The translations under genes were made by a program, and so were the position numbers. From the IMG/VR virus record IMGVR_UViG_3300047510_002062, positions 3,705-67,704 of that record: a DNA stretch of 64,000 nt; one strand, 5' to 3'. The stretch is from a virus. This document shows positions 63,721 through 64,000 of this stretch, one piece after another; the stretch's first letter is position 1, and every line of letters starts with the position of its first letter. Under the pieces are notes generated by a model. The model saw only the letters and a list, made by a program, of their open reading frames with translations. It did no database searches and had not been told where the DNA came from.

Positions 63721-64000
63721 TTACTTAGATCTCATTCTAGCATAATCAAAAATCTTTTGTGGGACATTAATTTCCAAAGCTTCTTCAAATCCCCTAAATC
63801 CTGGAGCAGAATTTGCTTCACAAATTCTATACCCATCTTCATGGAATAAAAGATCTACGCCAGCAATATCTAGATCCAATACCTTTGCTACCTGAATTGC
63901 AAGGAGTTCCATTTGATCATCAACTTCAATCTCCTCACCGACTCCACCACGGGAAATATTTGCTTTAAAAGATCCATCAATAGATTTTCTTTGCATAGCA
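63721..64000 (-). CDS. rimK: RimK-family ATP-grasp ligase (partial, C-terminus)
   Basis: FKANISRGG...LDIAGVDLL...ICEANSAPGFRGFE. Confidence 0.85.
   Translation of the reverse strand, partial: AMQRKSIDGSFKANISRGGVGEEIEVDDQMELLAIQVAKVLDLDIAGVDLLFHEDGYRICEANSAPGFRGFEEALEINVPQKIFDYARMRSK

Overview
This AT-rich 64-kb window comes from a T4-like cyanomyovirus (Kyanoviridae-like). Almost all genes are on the minus strand. Positions 1-27.3 kb hold tail-fibre and virion structural genes: a collagen-like Gly-X-Gln protein and giant mosaic proteins of 1522, 3134 and 2135 aa. Five tRNA genes (Pro-TGG, Thr-TGT, Leu-TAA, Leu-CAA, Ile2/Met-CAT) lie at 27.6-28.6 kb. The baseplate/tail module at 30.7-53.7 kb comprises gp5-like, cp12, gp27-like, two tape-measure-like proteins with several muralytic domains, gp51, gp26, gp54-like, gp4, gp48 and gp53. 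From 53.7 kb come gp32, gp59, gp33, an exonuclease, phoH, thyX, a glutaredoxin, a glycosyltransferase/methyltransferase fusion and a partial RimK-like ligase. T4 late promoters (TATAAATA) and near-consensus sigma70 early promoters are clearly visible. Two observations stand out. (1) A compact nitrogen-sensing module at 58.65-59.31 kb: an NtcA-type box, a sigma70 promoter, and tandem glutamine (glnA-class) riboswitch-like aptamers, the second carrying a whole 50-codon ORF inside its P2 stem-loop, followed by two small peptide ORFs (one with the DUF4278-type YRGVKY motif). (2) A nested ('Russian doll') domain architecture in the giant structural proteins, including an apparent vWA fold split across 3134 aa. 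All family calls come from motif recognition by eye; no searches were run.
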